Positions 1 to 13,915 are shown, counted from the first letter of the stretch. The stretch is 64,000 nucleotides of DNA from Antedon mediterranea (GCF_964355755.1 NC_092670.1:31608388-31672387); one strand, 5' to 3'. Notes: generated from the sequence alone by a model not told the origin. Numbers and translations: made by a program.

Positions 1-2845
1 TAAATGCCTACATTAAAATACATAATATATCATGATGACACCAATGCATGTAAATTAAACATTTATTCTAGATAAAAACAATCATCAAATAAAATAAGAT
101 TGCCTGATACTTTGGTGCGGCACTCTTGGTAAACCACGGGTACCCCAGTGGAGTGTTGGGAGAAAAACGAAACAAGAACCACTGTTTTTGTTTTGTTTTT
201 CTGTTTGTTTGAAAACGTAATGTTCCAAGGGTAAACAAAAATCCATTTAGTAGGTCTACAATGCAAGTGTTATGATATTATAATAAAACAATTAATATTT
301 TGATATTGATTATAGGTCATGTGTACCTGCTAACTGTTGGTTGTGTGATATGAAAATGAGTTTTGCTGGCGATATGAAAATGGGTTTAGTCCTCCATTCG
401 CTTCTACTTCATCATTCAGATTAAGGAATGAATTAATTGTAAAAAAAAACCACGAACAAATCAGACGACATTGTTATGCCGATTCTCTCGATAAACGCAA
501 AAGCAATTTCTTATTGATGACGTAACACAAATTTGCATTTTTAAGCCACGATTGTTAAAGTTTAACGTGCACGTGCGTCTTTATTTTGCAATTAAAGTTT
601 ATAAAATGAATGAAATTTATCACAGAAGGTCCGTAGGCCTACATAACAAAAAACACAAAAGTTACGGATAACCAAAAAAGATTATTCCATCAATCACAAG
701 GAGTTATCCGCCAAGGTGCGAATAACTAAAAAGCACTCTCAACACAAACGATTGTAATTGAATCAAAAATGCATTATGTACGCATGCGTGTTCAAATAAC
801 AATCCCGGAAATGTGTATAGTTCATTTATATCACTTGTTATCATAATTGTGACGCACATATGAATATTCATATCTTCATTTTGTTTCGTACAAGAATGTT
901 TATTTCAATATTAAAAAGATACCGTAGTAGGCTAATGCTTTATGTGAGAATTTCTAAAACATGTTTCAATCAAAATTAACACTTTATCGGTAATCTAAAA
1001 TACATTGTAAGATATTAATATATGATGACACTGATAGGGTACACATTTAATGTTTTCTGTGTATAAAATGAAATCACTCAACCCAACATTTTTACCGGTT
1101 GCTCCAGTGCGGTGCTACGGTACCCCATCGCAGTATTCGGGTAAAACTTTTACAAAAGTTGGATGTTAATATGAAAATATGAAATGTTCAATTCTCCGGG
1201 TTTTTTTTCTGATTGATCTACATTCATTCGTTTATCTGTTCATCTCTTTCAAAGAGCTATAACTCTGATTGTAACGCTTCAAAAGCAACCATGGTGCAGG
1301 CATGGTTGGTTGGTTGAATGGTTGCTTTTGTTGTTTCCATTACAATTATCGTGGGCAATCATGTCATTTCTGTGTAGTGTTTATAGATAAATGGTTGAAA
1401 TTTGCATTTTCTCATGATATTTGTAATATAGAAATAGGTGGTATAGCTTTTTTCAGTCCAAAATGTTTTTTTGTTGTTGTTTTAAACACATACCAACATT
1501 ATCCTTTGGCCAAATTCTGCTATAAAAACAGGAAGACCTTTTTTCTAGTTAGCCTAATGTAATAACATGTCTGGTGACTTCCTAGAAGAAAAAAAAAGAT
1601 GGTGGATATACGGTGGATAATTTTTGATATAGCATGAAAATAAAACTCTGAAGTTGAATAAAAATACTAGAAATGTAAGATTTAGGTTATATTACCTATA
1701 TTTAGTCATCTGATAATATTTTTTACTACACAGTTTATTTTTCTCTATTTACAACATGTGTGTACAAAAGAATAAAGATTTTACTGTGTAATTTGAACTA
1801 TCCCCCTACTGATAAAAAAAAATTTAACTCATGTAGCTCAGATCGATAATTATTGGAATGTATAACAAATTATAACTCTTGCCTCTTGTATAAAAATGAA
1901 GTTTTTTGGACAAGTAGTTCTAGAGAAAATGCAATTTCAGTTTACTTGTTACGTTAAGACTGCTCGCCGGCTTTTGAAAATTCTGTCCTATCTTTTAACA
2001 CTAGCAAGTCTGAAAATTATACTTAAAAGTGGTCCAGAATTGAGACTGTGGTCCGGATTGCCTCCAAAATATAGTGGTTCTTGACCACATATCTATATGC
2101 ATTTTGGTAAAGATCTTCTAATTACTGTTTGAGTAATCCTGCTAACAAACAGACAAGCGCGATCGACTACATAATACCTTCTTGGCGGAGGTAAAAAAAG
2201 AGTAGTAAACTGGAAACCCTTTGTCTGAAATTCAATGGGTTTGTATTTTGATTTACTCTTTTTTATTTTTTATAAGCTAAATCATTATTTTTTTGAATAA
2301 CCTGATTAAAACTACAAAATGAATTTTCAATGTTTGATTTTAGTATTCTTTATTTTTTCCATAAATAAAGGAAATAGATTATAAACGTAATATCTTTTAA
2401 AGTATCCGATTAGATCTTAGTTCAAGCATTTAGATTTTCATTCCGATGAAGTACATGGTGTGACTGAGTTGTTCCATCCAACCCAATATATTAATATTAT
2501 ACAACTTCAAAGAAAATGTCACTAGAAGGGACACAGACTAAGGCTATCAAGTTGTGTGAAAGCCTTGCACACTAGACTAATGAAAGTGGTCTATTCTATT
2601 GGCCAGAGGAAGATTAACAAAAATCAGAAGACACCTCAATATCTTGTGATTAAGTTCTTGACATGGCCACAAGTTTGAGCATTGAAGTAGTGAAGGGAAA
2701 AACGGGTTACAAGCAATAAAATACAGTACATGGGATATAAGAGGTCTACACTACGTACATTTTTGGTATCTTTATATATATAAAAATCGATGTTAACATT
2801 AAATATTCTCATCCCTAAGGTGGGATTTTTACGCATTTCTAATTT

Positions 2846-3031
2846 AATTCAATTCAATTCAAAATTCTTTAATCATCCCACATGGGGCAATTTAAATAAA
2901 ATGATCTTACAAAATATACAAAATATCACAATACACAGTACAATAATAACAAGAGTCAAAGTTCAAGAATTTAAGAGTCGGATGGTCACTGGCAAAAACG
3001 AATTTCTTTTCCGGTTTGTTCTCATGGGGTA
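2846..3031 (-). mobile_element. 3' end fragment of a non-LTR retrotransposon (Rex1/Babar- or L2-type)
   Basis: Minus strand reads PMRTNRKRNSFLPVTIRLLNS*, a typical ORF2 C-terminus, then a short 3' UTR ending in a (TTGAA)n tail. Confidence 0.6.
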
Positions 3032-5457
3032 GGGAACACAAATATCTGTAAGTGCAGTTTTCCTTGCTCATAATATTGGTATCAATGTATAAAGCAATGT
3101 ACAAGAAAACTATATTAACTGAATGAACTGAGGATACGGTAACCCAAGAAAGTTTTATATGTGAAATAGTATATACCTCTCTCGTCCTTAAGGTACCCAT
3201 ATGGGCTTGTCCAAAGAACTCAGGGAACAGTTCTGGGTTCCTTGTGGGGTCTATGCGGGCCCTGTGTGGACAAATGGACAAATGGTGAATTCCATCATTG
3301 GCCAATTTGGGATTGTAGGAGCTCAGTCCTTAACATTTCTTATTATTATTGAGCTGTGTTAGTATGTACTAAATAATATGGAACTATTAGAAAGAATTTG
3401 TTCAAACGAATGCATATATATTTTGAGTTTTCCTGTTTTTGCTGGGCTAACCGCCTCTCTGTCTCCACATTCATCTTTTAGTCTTCTTGTTCCAAACAGC
3501 GGCTAAAAAACAAAACAAAAAAGACATTAAATTTTAGCACCATCCATTAAGTCAAGCTAGTATGTTGGAGTCAGACAATTTAGTAATAGTAGGGTCGTAT
3601 ATATCCTCAGTTATAAATATCTTTGAGCTAGTATGGGTCGAAGCATAGCAATCGTGAAATAAGGAGCAATTTCTATCTATATATCGTTGAGTATTGTCGA
3701 CTTTTAAGCCACAGGACGACTGTATGGAAAGTCTACTATTCACGGATTTGGATTTCCAAGACGTAACATCCGCCGATCTTGGAATTTACAGAATTTTATT
3801 TTAACTTTCCGACGTCGTCTTATCATGAGTAATGATACAAATCTCATTAATATTTATGTTCTTTTTTAATATTCTCATGCAATAATAACAACAACTATAT
3901 TTTCTTAACATGCACTGCACATAATGTTAGAGAATAATAACCCAGACGACTTATATACATCTTTAAAACAAAGTGAATGTAGGCCTATTGAAATATATTT
4001 TATCAGATGACACCAAATGCATGCAAATGAAACATTTGCTCTGGATAAATACAATCATTAAACATTCATAGAATTGCCTGCACTCTGGTGCCGTACTCTT
4101 GGTAAAACATTGGTACCCCATTGGAGTGTGGGTAAAACGAAACAATAAAACACTTTTTTTGTTTTTTTAAAGGATAATGTTCCAAGGGAAACGAATATTT
4201 AATGAATATGCCTATTATTTTGTTTTAATGCTTACAGGTACAGGCATGCATTTTCAATATAATATTTGGTTAATTGTACATAAATCAATGTGTACTAAAC
4301 AAATCATCATGACGATCGAAAATACATGAATTTCTCTTCAAATGGTCAATTCTGCTACATACAAAACCTGAAAGGTGAAACTGATAGCGGAGTGTCCTAT
4401 CATCAATGGGCATGCATTGAACAAAGCCAGATAAAGTATCATAATTAATAATGATGAAGATCCATGTAATAACAATCTAAATGAGTATAATTATGTTGGT
4501 CCTTTTGTTTTATGATGCAAAACATGTTTTCCCTAATGGGTTGAATCAACCACAGTTGGCACAATAAAAAATTTCCACGTCCTCTTAATATGGATTTCCT
4601 CATTAATAGGTTGACCGTATAGTGTTTTACTTTTCCCCTCGTTTTACAGAAAAGTGTCCGAGTAGTTAAATGGCGTTTATAGGGCGTTAAGTATGAAACA
4701 ATAGGTATTGTGTTTCGGGGTATACAATTAATTATAACAATGACAGAGAGATAAGATATCAATAGAACCACGTGCAGGAGTTAATTAAAATTAAATAATA
4801 CAGTTGTTAAAGGCCGACATGTCCTTCCTTCCGGAATTGTTAACATTCGGATTCATTGAATGGTGTCGTCATGAATAGTCTATGTACTATAGTGGTAATT
4901 TTAAAAAGGAGTACAGTTAAGATGCACCTGGTTAATTAAAAGTTTTTGCTTGATCTATGCCGAAATACTGACATACTAAAGTTTAATGTGTGACGTCATG
5001 TTGTTAGTTTCACTCTTTTTTTCCAATGTTTAGTTTCATTTTCATTTAAATTGTTTACGTTTTACATAGAGATTTCTTTGTTTCCTTTTAAAATAAAACA
5101 AAAAGAGGGGTAAAGAGGGACGCTACTGACATCATGCATAAATTATTTTAGTGTGTATAAATATATGGGTAAATTTATAGTGAACTCATCAGTACCAGCT
5201 TACAACGTACACGTCATGATGTCATTATCTTTCATTTTCATTTAAATGGTTTACGTTTTACGAAAAGATTTCTTTGTTTCCTTTTAAAAATAAAACAAAA
5301 AGAGGGTAAAGAGGGACGCTACTGACATTTCTTTTAAAATAAAACAAAAAGGGGGTAAAGAGAGACGCTACTGACATCATGCATAAATTATTTTATATAC
5401 AATATTCTGTGTATAAGGTTGTAGTCAAAATAGACATTTCAGTAGATCTCTACCAGA

Positions 5458-5823
5458 ATGAATGCCTATAAACCAACAGTTGGTTTCACTCATTCCAAAG
5501 GAAAATCCACAGAATGCAACGTACCTTCTGAAAAGGAAAAGGATGACTACACAAAGGAAACAACAGAGGCACGTAAAAGTAATGAAATAGATTTCACTCG
5601 GAAGCTAATCAAATCAGATCAGCAGCAGATGATTTCCCAATATTTTAAGTTTCCAGTGCACAAAATATCGAGAGAAAATTTAGATTGTGATTACATTCAA
5701 CTTCTAGATAAAAGCTCAGTTGATACTTTGTATAAACAATGTGAGGAAGAGATTGATTATTTTACAGGTGATCTTGCAAAGGTGAAAGTGTTTGGTAGAT
5801 GGTTTAATATACCTAGAAAACAG
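5458..5823 (+). CDS. ALKBH2: ALKBH2 (Fe(II)/2-oxoglutarate DNA demethylase), first coding exon
   Basis: ORF with ENLDCDY...LYKQCEEEIDYFTGDLAKVKVFGRWFNIPRKQ; phase-0 donor CAG|GTTAGT at 5823/5824. Confidence 0.92.
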
Positions 5824-6081
5824 GTTAGTTTCTCTTTATTTTTCTTCATGGTTTCATGACGTTAATGTAGGCTACATACTATTACGTTTAAAAAGATGCA
5901 TTTTTACATTTTAATTACCGGCCTACCGCACTGTTTTCGTTTTATGCAACAGAATAACAGTTAACCAGGCCTGCCGCACTATTTTCGTTTTATGCAACAG
6001 AATATTAACAGTTAACCAGAATCCAACTGATTATAATTGTATAGAGAAACATTTTTTAATAGTATGTTTCAACTCTGACAG

Positions 6082-6224
6082 GTTTCTTATGGTGATACGG
6101 GTTTAACATACAAATATTCAGGCAATATAGTGCCTGCCTTGCCATGGCCACCGTTCCTGAAAGATCTTCGAGATTATTTGAAAGAAGTCACAGGGTTCTA
6201 CTTCAATTTTGTTTTGGTTAACAG
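6082..6224 (+). CDS. ALKBH2: ALKBH2, second coding exon
   Basis: Acceptor ACAG at 6081; translates VSYGDTGLTYKYSGNIVPALPWPPFLKDLRDYLKEVTGFYFNFVLVN(R); phase-2 donor AG|GTACAT at 6224/6225. Confidence 0.92.
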
Positions 6225-8812
6225 GTACATATTTATTATATATCTATATATGTTTATATTTGTTATAATTAAATAATGCAAAGCTTTCTTATGGCAACAT
6301 TGTTTAACATTGATAATGATTTATTCTCAATTTTACTCTCAAGATTGTATAATTGAACAATATCAGTAATCAGTCTTTTCGTCAACTATTAAGGCTGGTT
6401 TCCTGTCGACGTAAGAGTCAGTTTTTCTAACGTCAGTTACGATTGTTACGTCGATTTTACGTAAGAAACCAACATTTGATAGGAAACCGATTACGACAAT
6501 ATTTTGGTGAAATCGACGTAAACGCAAGAAAAATTAGACGATCGACAGGAAACCGGGGTATCGAATCTCCGTCTGATACGTCGATTTATCGCGAATTTAC
6601 AGGAAACCGGGATTTTATTGCTTGCGATCACTTGCGTTGCGTTATTAACGATTCTTACGTAAAGTTGACTTGGAGTCAACTTTACGTAAGCGTAAGAGTC
6701 GTAAGCGCAAGATATACAATGGAAAAGGATAGGCCTATTTTTAATAGATACGAAAATACGAATTTCATTAATAAAAGCAGCTTTTTTACAACACCTCTTT
6801 ACCAAAAAAGGATAAAAATTAGCCCTATACCGGTATTAAAAACGTACAATTATATTCAAGTTCTTTCTATTCACACTTTTCTTTATTTTATTGCTATCTT
6901 CTCCTTCCGGTAATTAAGTTCATTAACTATTCTTTTATTAGGAGAAATGATTCGATGTTTTTAAACAATTTAAACCGGCACTATTTGCTCCATCTGAGTT
7001 TTTCTAATCAATGTTTTTGTTGTTTGTGTTGTTATAAGAAGCATGCTATTAGACTCTGATGCAGTAGATGTAATATTAAATACAGAAGGTAAGATATTTA
7101 ATTACAATTAATAATAATGATAATAATAGTAATAATAATAAAGTTATTAAATAATATTGCCATTCAATATCCCTCCACACTTAATAATAAGAAGCATACA
7201 GTAAATACTTGTTAAATAAATTTATTTACAAATACATTCTGCACAATAAGTTCAATACTATTTTATGGATTAGGCCATTTATATAAATTCTCAAAAGTAA
7301 TAGATGCATACACCATGGCATAAAGAATATATAATACCGACAATCAAACCTTTAACTAAATACTATAATTACTTACTTATTAACTAAATACATTTTTAAA
7401 AAGCAAACACAAACACTTTTACTGATTACCTTAAGTGATATACAGTAACTTTCTTTGCACACTGTGTCACACAATATATATGATACAGGAAATTAAACCT
7501 TTAAATAAATCTAAAAAGTTGAGTACTAAAACTATAAACATATTTTTAAACTCTGAAACTGTGGTACACTGTACTGTAATTTCTCTCTTTCAGATGGGGC
7601 TGAAGTAAGGACACAAGTTGATTCAATCTTTCTGGTGTCATTCTTGTATATCTATTTAATAAAGCAAAACAATTTGTAAATGCAACACATACACTTTCAA
7701 TGTTGATACATTATCAATGTTAATATCAATGTTTTGTTTAATTTTCAGTGGTACTAGAAGCAGACTTTCTGTTCACATGTAAAAATGTTAATAATAAATA
7801 AGTGTGATATTTCCTATGTACTGGGCAGTATTTACTTTGGAATCATTATAGGCCTCATTTTGTGTTTAAAATTTGCTCTGTAAAATATTTAACATTTTAA
7901 AACTAGTGTGTTGAAGCTTTTCAATAATTATTTTAAATCAAAGAAAAATAATTAAACATATTTAAAGTGTTTTTCACTTGTTTTTCTTAAGTTAATGACT
8001 ACAAATTTTAATTTTATAGCATTTTCCTGTTAAGCAGCTGAACTACTGTTATTCGTTATAATTATGTGTACAGTATGATAACATTTTTAGTTACAAACAT
8101 TTAGTTTTTAAACACATTCCAACCAAAGGGCATGTAAAAGAAGAGTTTCACTGTAGATCATTTTTGTTGCAGTTTAGAAGTTGGAATTATTGTGTAGAGT
8201 GTGTAGATCCAATACATTAAAATGTTAAAATGTTTTTTTTTTAATTTGGCCTATCATATAAAATAAAGTCACACTAAAAAAAAAAGAGAGATTTATGCCT
8301 AATTCCAAAGCTAGCCTAGCTACTGTAGGCCTACAGATGGTGGTCCACTTGGGATAGGCCTAGTACTTGTTTGTAGGGCCTAGCCTAGTAGGCTAGTATA
8401 GGAGGCCTACTACTACTAAGTACTAGGGGCCTAGGCTATATAGTAGGTAGGCCTAAAAAGGCTTTTAGTAGTAGACTAGCCTAGGCCTAGTATTACTAAG
8501 TAGGCCTAGGCTAGGCCTACAAGAAGGCTACGGTCTAGGACATTTTTAGTACAGGCCTCTTGCCTATATTACAGTAAAATAGTAGTGGTTATGATGTAGG
8601 ACTGGGCCTGGGCCTAGGCATGTTCCGTTTTATGTAGCTAGGCCTATGTACAGTATATGCCACACAGCATGTATGCCTTTCTAAGCCTAGGCTGCCTACC
8701 TGAAAAACAATTGCCTGACATGGGCAACCATCGATCGAGCAAACACAGAAGCGTAAGAAAAAATTTCAACTTTACGTAACGATCATAAGACGACCGTAAG
8801 CGCTTGAAGTTA

Positions 8813-9700
8813 AACAAGGCCAACAGCCATTAAGTCGCGTGCTACAATGCATAGTGATACCGGACCGACAGACAGACCGACAGACCGACAGACCGACAGA
8901 CAGACCGACAGACAGACCGACAGACAGACCGACAGACAGACCGACAGAAAGACAGACAGAGAGACCGAAAGACCGACATAGTGAACTATACTGACCGAAA
9001 TTACTGAACATGTTTAAAAATGTTGAAATGTTTAAAAACATTTATTTTTTTTTAATTTACACGTGCGTAGCCTGTCACTTTCGACTGCTCGTATAACGTA
9101 ATTTCGAGTTGAAAAGTAAGTCAAGAAAACAGAAATCGGCCAAAAAGAGTGCGCAATAACATTTAACGCGCAGTGCGCGCGCAAAAATATGCGCACTCAT
9201 GGCAATTTTGTAAACGCTTAAAATTGCCTGAAATGTACTCTTATTTCATCGAAAATAAATTTTGAAAATGTTAAGCGCGCGTACGCATGCGTTACATGCG
9301 CTACGCACATAATTGTATTGCCATATGATGATTTATGCCCTGAAATTTATGAGTACCAAATTTTATTTAATTGTGATTCATGGTTGTGAAGATATGATTA
9401 CAAACGTGATTTCGTTAAATCGTGCGTAGACCACGTAATTTTTTATTGCGCACCGTCAAAACATAACCACATTGATTCTTGGCCATAAGGAATATACTGT
9501 GAAAAATTGACCTAGCTAGATTAAACTGATATCAAGATAAGGTCAGAAAGCGATAAAACGCATAGTGATACCGGACCGACAGACAGACAGACAGACAGAC
9601 CGACAGACAGACCGACAGACAGACCGACAGACAGACAGACAGACAGACAGACCGACCGACCGACATAGTGAACTATAAAGTCGCTTCCACGCGACTAAAA
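8813..9700. mobile_element. Non-autonomous Helentron/DINE-like (HINE) element, copy 1, in ALKBH2 intron
   Basis: AACAAGGCCAACAGC end, two (GACA/GACC)n microsatellite blocks, terminal hairpin AGTCGCTTCCACGCGACT then AAAA; near-identical to 26003-26840. Confidence 0.7.
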
Positions 9701-9925
9701 AGTCAACTTTACGTAAGGGTCGTTATCGGCTCGTGAGCCTGCGGTTTAGAACGATCAAAACGACGTTCACTTTTGTTCAACTTAGAATCTCTCACTTTTT
9801 TAACAGCACAAAACTGTGTTTAATTACGTTGTACGGTTTATTGTTTTTATGCTAAAAAGGATATTTATTTTCTAGCTTAAATTACAGTACAATTTTTTTT
9901 ATTTTAATGTATGTTTCTTTACTTG

Positions 9926-10223
9926 ATATGCAGACGGTAATGATTCTATTGGTGAACATAAAGACGATGAGAAAGATATCAACAAATTTAGTTCAATCGC
10001 GTCCATTTCATTAGGTCAAACACGATTGTTTAGATTTCGCCATGGTGCTACACGTGGAAAGAGACACAAAAGAAGTATTGAACCAGTAAATGTTGATCTT
10101 AAACACGGTAGCTTACTAATGATGAATTATCCAACTAACGAGTATTGGTACCATTCACTGCCTAAAAAACCATCCATCAAACTACCAAGAATAAATCTTA
10201 CATTTAGAGATATTAAAAGATGA
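9926..10223 (+). CDS. ALKBH2: ALKBH2, last coding exon (catalytic HxD...H and RxxxxxR)
   Basis: (R)YADGNDSIGEHKDDEKDI...IASISLG...HGSLLMMNYPTNEYWYHSLP...PRINLTFRDIKR*. The expected acceptor dinucleotide at 9924-9925 is TG, not AG. Confidence 0.88.
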
Positions 10224-11915
10224 GAAAAGGTAAGGATTACTTTAGAACGCAAATCGTAATAACAACAATTCATGAACAATTGTTCTAAAATGTAATAGTT
10301 ATTACATGTATCTGTGTGGTTACCTATACATTATTATTGGCGGCTGTCAAAAACTACTTTTAACAATTCGTTTCTTGTTAACTGTAGTTGTAGACTGTAG
10401 TTGTATCTTCCTTTTTTATTTAATGTAAATATTTTATTGTTGTGTTTGACTTAATTTTATGTTTTTAACAGCGAAAATGAAACTTTTTTTTCTTTGCGGT
10501 TATTTAAGTATTTGAATTAGTATTTTATTTTCATTTGTGTGATTGAGGGAAATGGAAGCATAGATTTATCAAATTTAAATACAATTTCTTTATTTCAAAA
10601 TGAATTTCATTTTCTACGTGTTTTCAATTTTAAATCTTTTAAGAAAGACACAATACGTACTGCTAAAAAAAAAACGCACACAAAAGAAAGCAAATTTTAG
10701 AGGCACGATATGTAACGACGCTTTCAATACAACATTTTTGATGTAGCGATTTTTTCAAGTGGTATTGTCATGAACGTATTGAAAAGAAAATAGTTTTATT
10801 GTCAATGATTTGTCAAGTGTTTAATTTTAATTTCAATTACTGTTGTATTGTATTTAGTTTTACCCGTTCATGTTGGCATGATCAATATTTGCTCAAACTC
10901 CATTTTATCGTTATGTTTGTAGTATTTTAGAGCTTCCCGATCATAGTAATAATGATATAACTAGAATTCGTAACCGTGTGTTAGATTCCATGCGTATTAT
11001 TACATATGCCTTCTCTCGTTATTCACCCGATGTATTTTGATCAAAAAATTGTACCTGAGCATGAAAGGTTAGTTGTTATGGTACAAGGAATTGGCCCGAA
11101 AAATAATTTGTTTTCTTTTCTGTTAAATTATTATTATGTTTGTGAAGTGTATTGCAATAGATTTGTTTAATGAAATAAATTAATTATGTTTTGACTTAAT
11201 TTATGTCAGTGTAATTTGTAAAAGTAGTTTTCCTATTTTAATTCATGATAAATTTATTTCTTGACTTAATTTAATTTTTTCTTTTCTGTTAAAGTTTTAT
11301 TATTATTGTATTTTGTAAAGTGTATTACAATAGAATGTGTATTGAAATACATTATGTTTTTAACATCAACAACAAAAATGAAATTGGATCTTTGCGTGTT
11401 GTTTAACTCGTGCATGAAGTTTTTTGAATTTGTTAAATGTAATGGCAAACATACATTGTGATTGTGATTAAAAATATTCTGGTTTTTTTTGTTTTTTTTA
11501 AATTTTAAACAGTAGTGTTTTTAACAGTAGTTATTTATATTTTATATATAATAATAAATAATATTACAAAAATAAACATACTAAATGTATAAAGGATAGA
11601 CTTATTAAATTTAAATACAATTTCTTTATTTCAAAATTTTCATTTTTAAATCTTTTAAGAAAAAACACAATACGTACTGCTAAAAAAACGCACACAAAAG
11701 AAAATAAATTTGAGACGCACGGTATGCAACGACACTTTCAATAAAAAGGCATGTTATAAATGTATTTTTTACCAAATTTATAAAGTAAATGGTTATTATT
11801 GAGAAATATTCATTTTAGATAAATGATAACACATCTAAAATTAATTAGAGAGATCAATACAATATGGTGTTCATAATAATTTGTTTTGATGACTAGAGGA
11901 AACATCTGAAGACAT

Positions 11916-12492
11916 TCAACGAAAAACAAGCGTTAACACCATACCAGTCACTAAGAATGCTACTACTCTGAGAAAAAAACCATCTCCCTTCCTAGACAGA
12001 AACAAATTCTGAATGAAAATAAAAAATTAAAAAATAAAAATAATTAGTAAACGAAACACGCGCATTATAAATAAAATGAATAATTTAAGAATATTTGTTA
12101 AACTACCCACGAACAAAAAAACGAAACATACTAACCGATTCATCGTCATTACGAAGTTCAAATAACGAAAACTTTTCCTTGAAAAATCCACAGGAGACAC
12201 GCTTTACATTTTCTAACTGCAATTCAGTGTCACATTGTGTCGCAACACATGTACATACAACGAGTCCTGTCACAAATCTGCCGACATTTATTTTTCTATC
12301 GCTCATCATTTGTTCTAATACATAATACAGCGCTTCCGAAGAAATATCTTTACACAATTCTAGCACATTAAAATTGTTTTCCAACTCTTTACAAGCACGA
12401 ATAGTACTCTGGAGGATGGGTGAATCCAAAACAACTAACCCCGTCAATTTATATTCAATGTATGCTCAAACTACTTCCTCTAAATCAACCAT
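11916..12492 (-). pseudogene. Small two-exon Bcl-2-family gene with a premature TGA (exons 12492-12136 and 12008-11916)
   Basis: MVDLEEVV*AYIEYKL (BH4-like), TIRACKELE (BH3-like), QMMSDRKINVGRFVTGL (BH1-like). A phase-0 GTTAGT...polypyrimidine-TTCAG intron joins an exon encoding the hydrophobic tail FFLRVVAFLVTGMVLTLVFR*. In-frame TGA at 12468-12466. Confidence 0.7.
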
Positions 12493-13007
12493 AACGCTCG
12501 ACAAAACAAATGATAATGGATGTAATTACCAAGAAAGTTACAACTTAAAACATTTATTTTTGTTTTTAAAAAGAAGTTGTAACATAGAAACTAATTTTGT
12601 CAGAAAATGTGTTTTTAATATTTATGTGATTTAATTGTGTTTAGAAAGTTACAACATTAACATTTAATTTGGTCAAAAAATGTGAATATACGGAGCCGAA
12701 TGTAATTTTTAATCCTTAGTATAGTGAGAGAATTTATAAACAAAAAAAGAGCGAACGGAAATTAATGATTGCAGATTAGACATATAGAAATGGATTGAAA
12801 TTGGAAATCCATATGATCAAAGAAAAGAAACCCATTGTTCCGACAGAAGCTAATGACAATTACAAAGGATGACACAGTTTGAATAGAGTAAATACCGTAT
12901 AACATAATAAAATTTTGTCAAGATAGTTGTCAAAAATAAATAAAATATATTATACTGAATTTACTTTGTACATTTATTTAATTTAGGCCGTAATTAGGTT
13001 TGTTGTT

Positions 13008-13915
13008 CTGTCACGATAAATATGGTCCGGGGCCAAAATTGGTCCGGCCGGACCAGTTTTGGCTCTAAAATTGTGGCCAAAAGCAGTCCGCCACTGCCAA
13101 AATCGGTTCGGGCTTTTCTTCTGTCGATTTTAATTGAATTACTAGGCCTATGATGCTGTTTTAAGTTGTTTATGGCTAGAAAAATATCCCATGATATATA
13201 TTAGTAAGTTATCTTGTCGGATAAATACTATAAATAAATGTATTTTATCTAAAAACATGACTTAGGTGTTCACTCATATTTCGGCCTGCCACACACTCAC
13301 ATGAACGGGTATGAGACGCTGATATTGCCAGCTAGATTTTATTTATGATTGAGGCCTTTTTCCTTCCTCAGCCTAATCAATATTGGATAATTGTTTTATA
13401 ATAATTGTATTGAATTGATATATTGATTGATTAACCATAAATAATTAATAAATTAAATTATTTTTAACATCATGGGGAAACGAAGATGTTAAAAAATGGA
13501 TTAAAAACAGGCAGAGATACATATTGTATACAAAAAGCCTAAATATTAGTACTAATTATTGATGAGTTACTACTATAATAATGATAATAAAAAAAACAGG
13601 CTTAATTTATAATATTAAAATAACAAATAAAACCCCGTAGTTTTCAATATAATGACTAATCATGGCCTTTTTTTAATGATATATACATTATGACTCATTT
13701 TGCGCACCATATATTTGTAAGACCGGACCATATTTGGCGGCCAAAAACAGTCCTACTGCCCGGACCGATTTTATCCAGGCCGGACCAGTTTTGGCGGCCA
13801 AAATTGGTCCGGCCGGACAGGTTTTGGCAGCCATAAATGGTCCCTCGGACTGATTTTGGCAGCCAAAACTGGTCCGCCGGACCGATTTTGGCCCGGACTG
13901 ATTTTGGTGTGACAG
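13008..13915. mobile_element. Non-autonomous DNA transposon (MITE) with CTGTCAC termini and subterminal repeats
   Basis: CTGTCAC...GTGACAG termini; inverted and tandem CCAAAAnTGGTCC(G)GCCGGACC units at both ends; flanked by TT on each side. Superfamily not assigned. Confidence 0.7.

Noticed and set aside
3552-3743. Phospholipase A2-like motif (IDRNCSLFHDCY)
   Set aside because: Spacing differs from DxxCxxHD and there is no calcium-loop motif; too weak to call.
6443-6913. 156-aa and 104-aa overlapping ORFs in the ALKBH2 intron
   Set aside because: They lie in a CpG-rich inverted-repeat element (GGTTTCCTGTCGA / TCGACAGGAAACC) and have no recognisable domain.
8772-9041. Repetitive LSVG-rich ORFs (also 54456-54780)
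   Set aside because: Translations of the (GACA/GACC)n microsatellite of the HINE element.
12466-12468. Selenocysteine or programmed readthrough at the Bcl-2-like TGA
   Set aside because: No SECIS-like structure is evident and the position is not a conserved Cys; a CpG transition is the simpler explanation.
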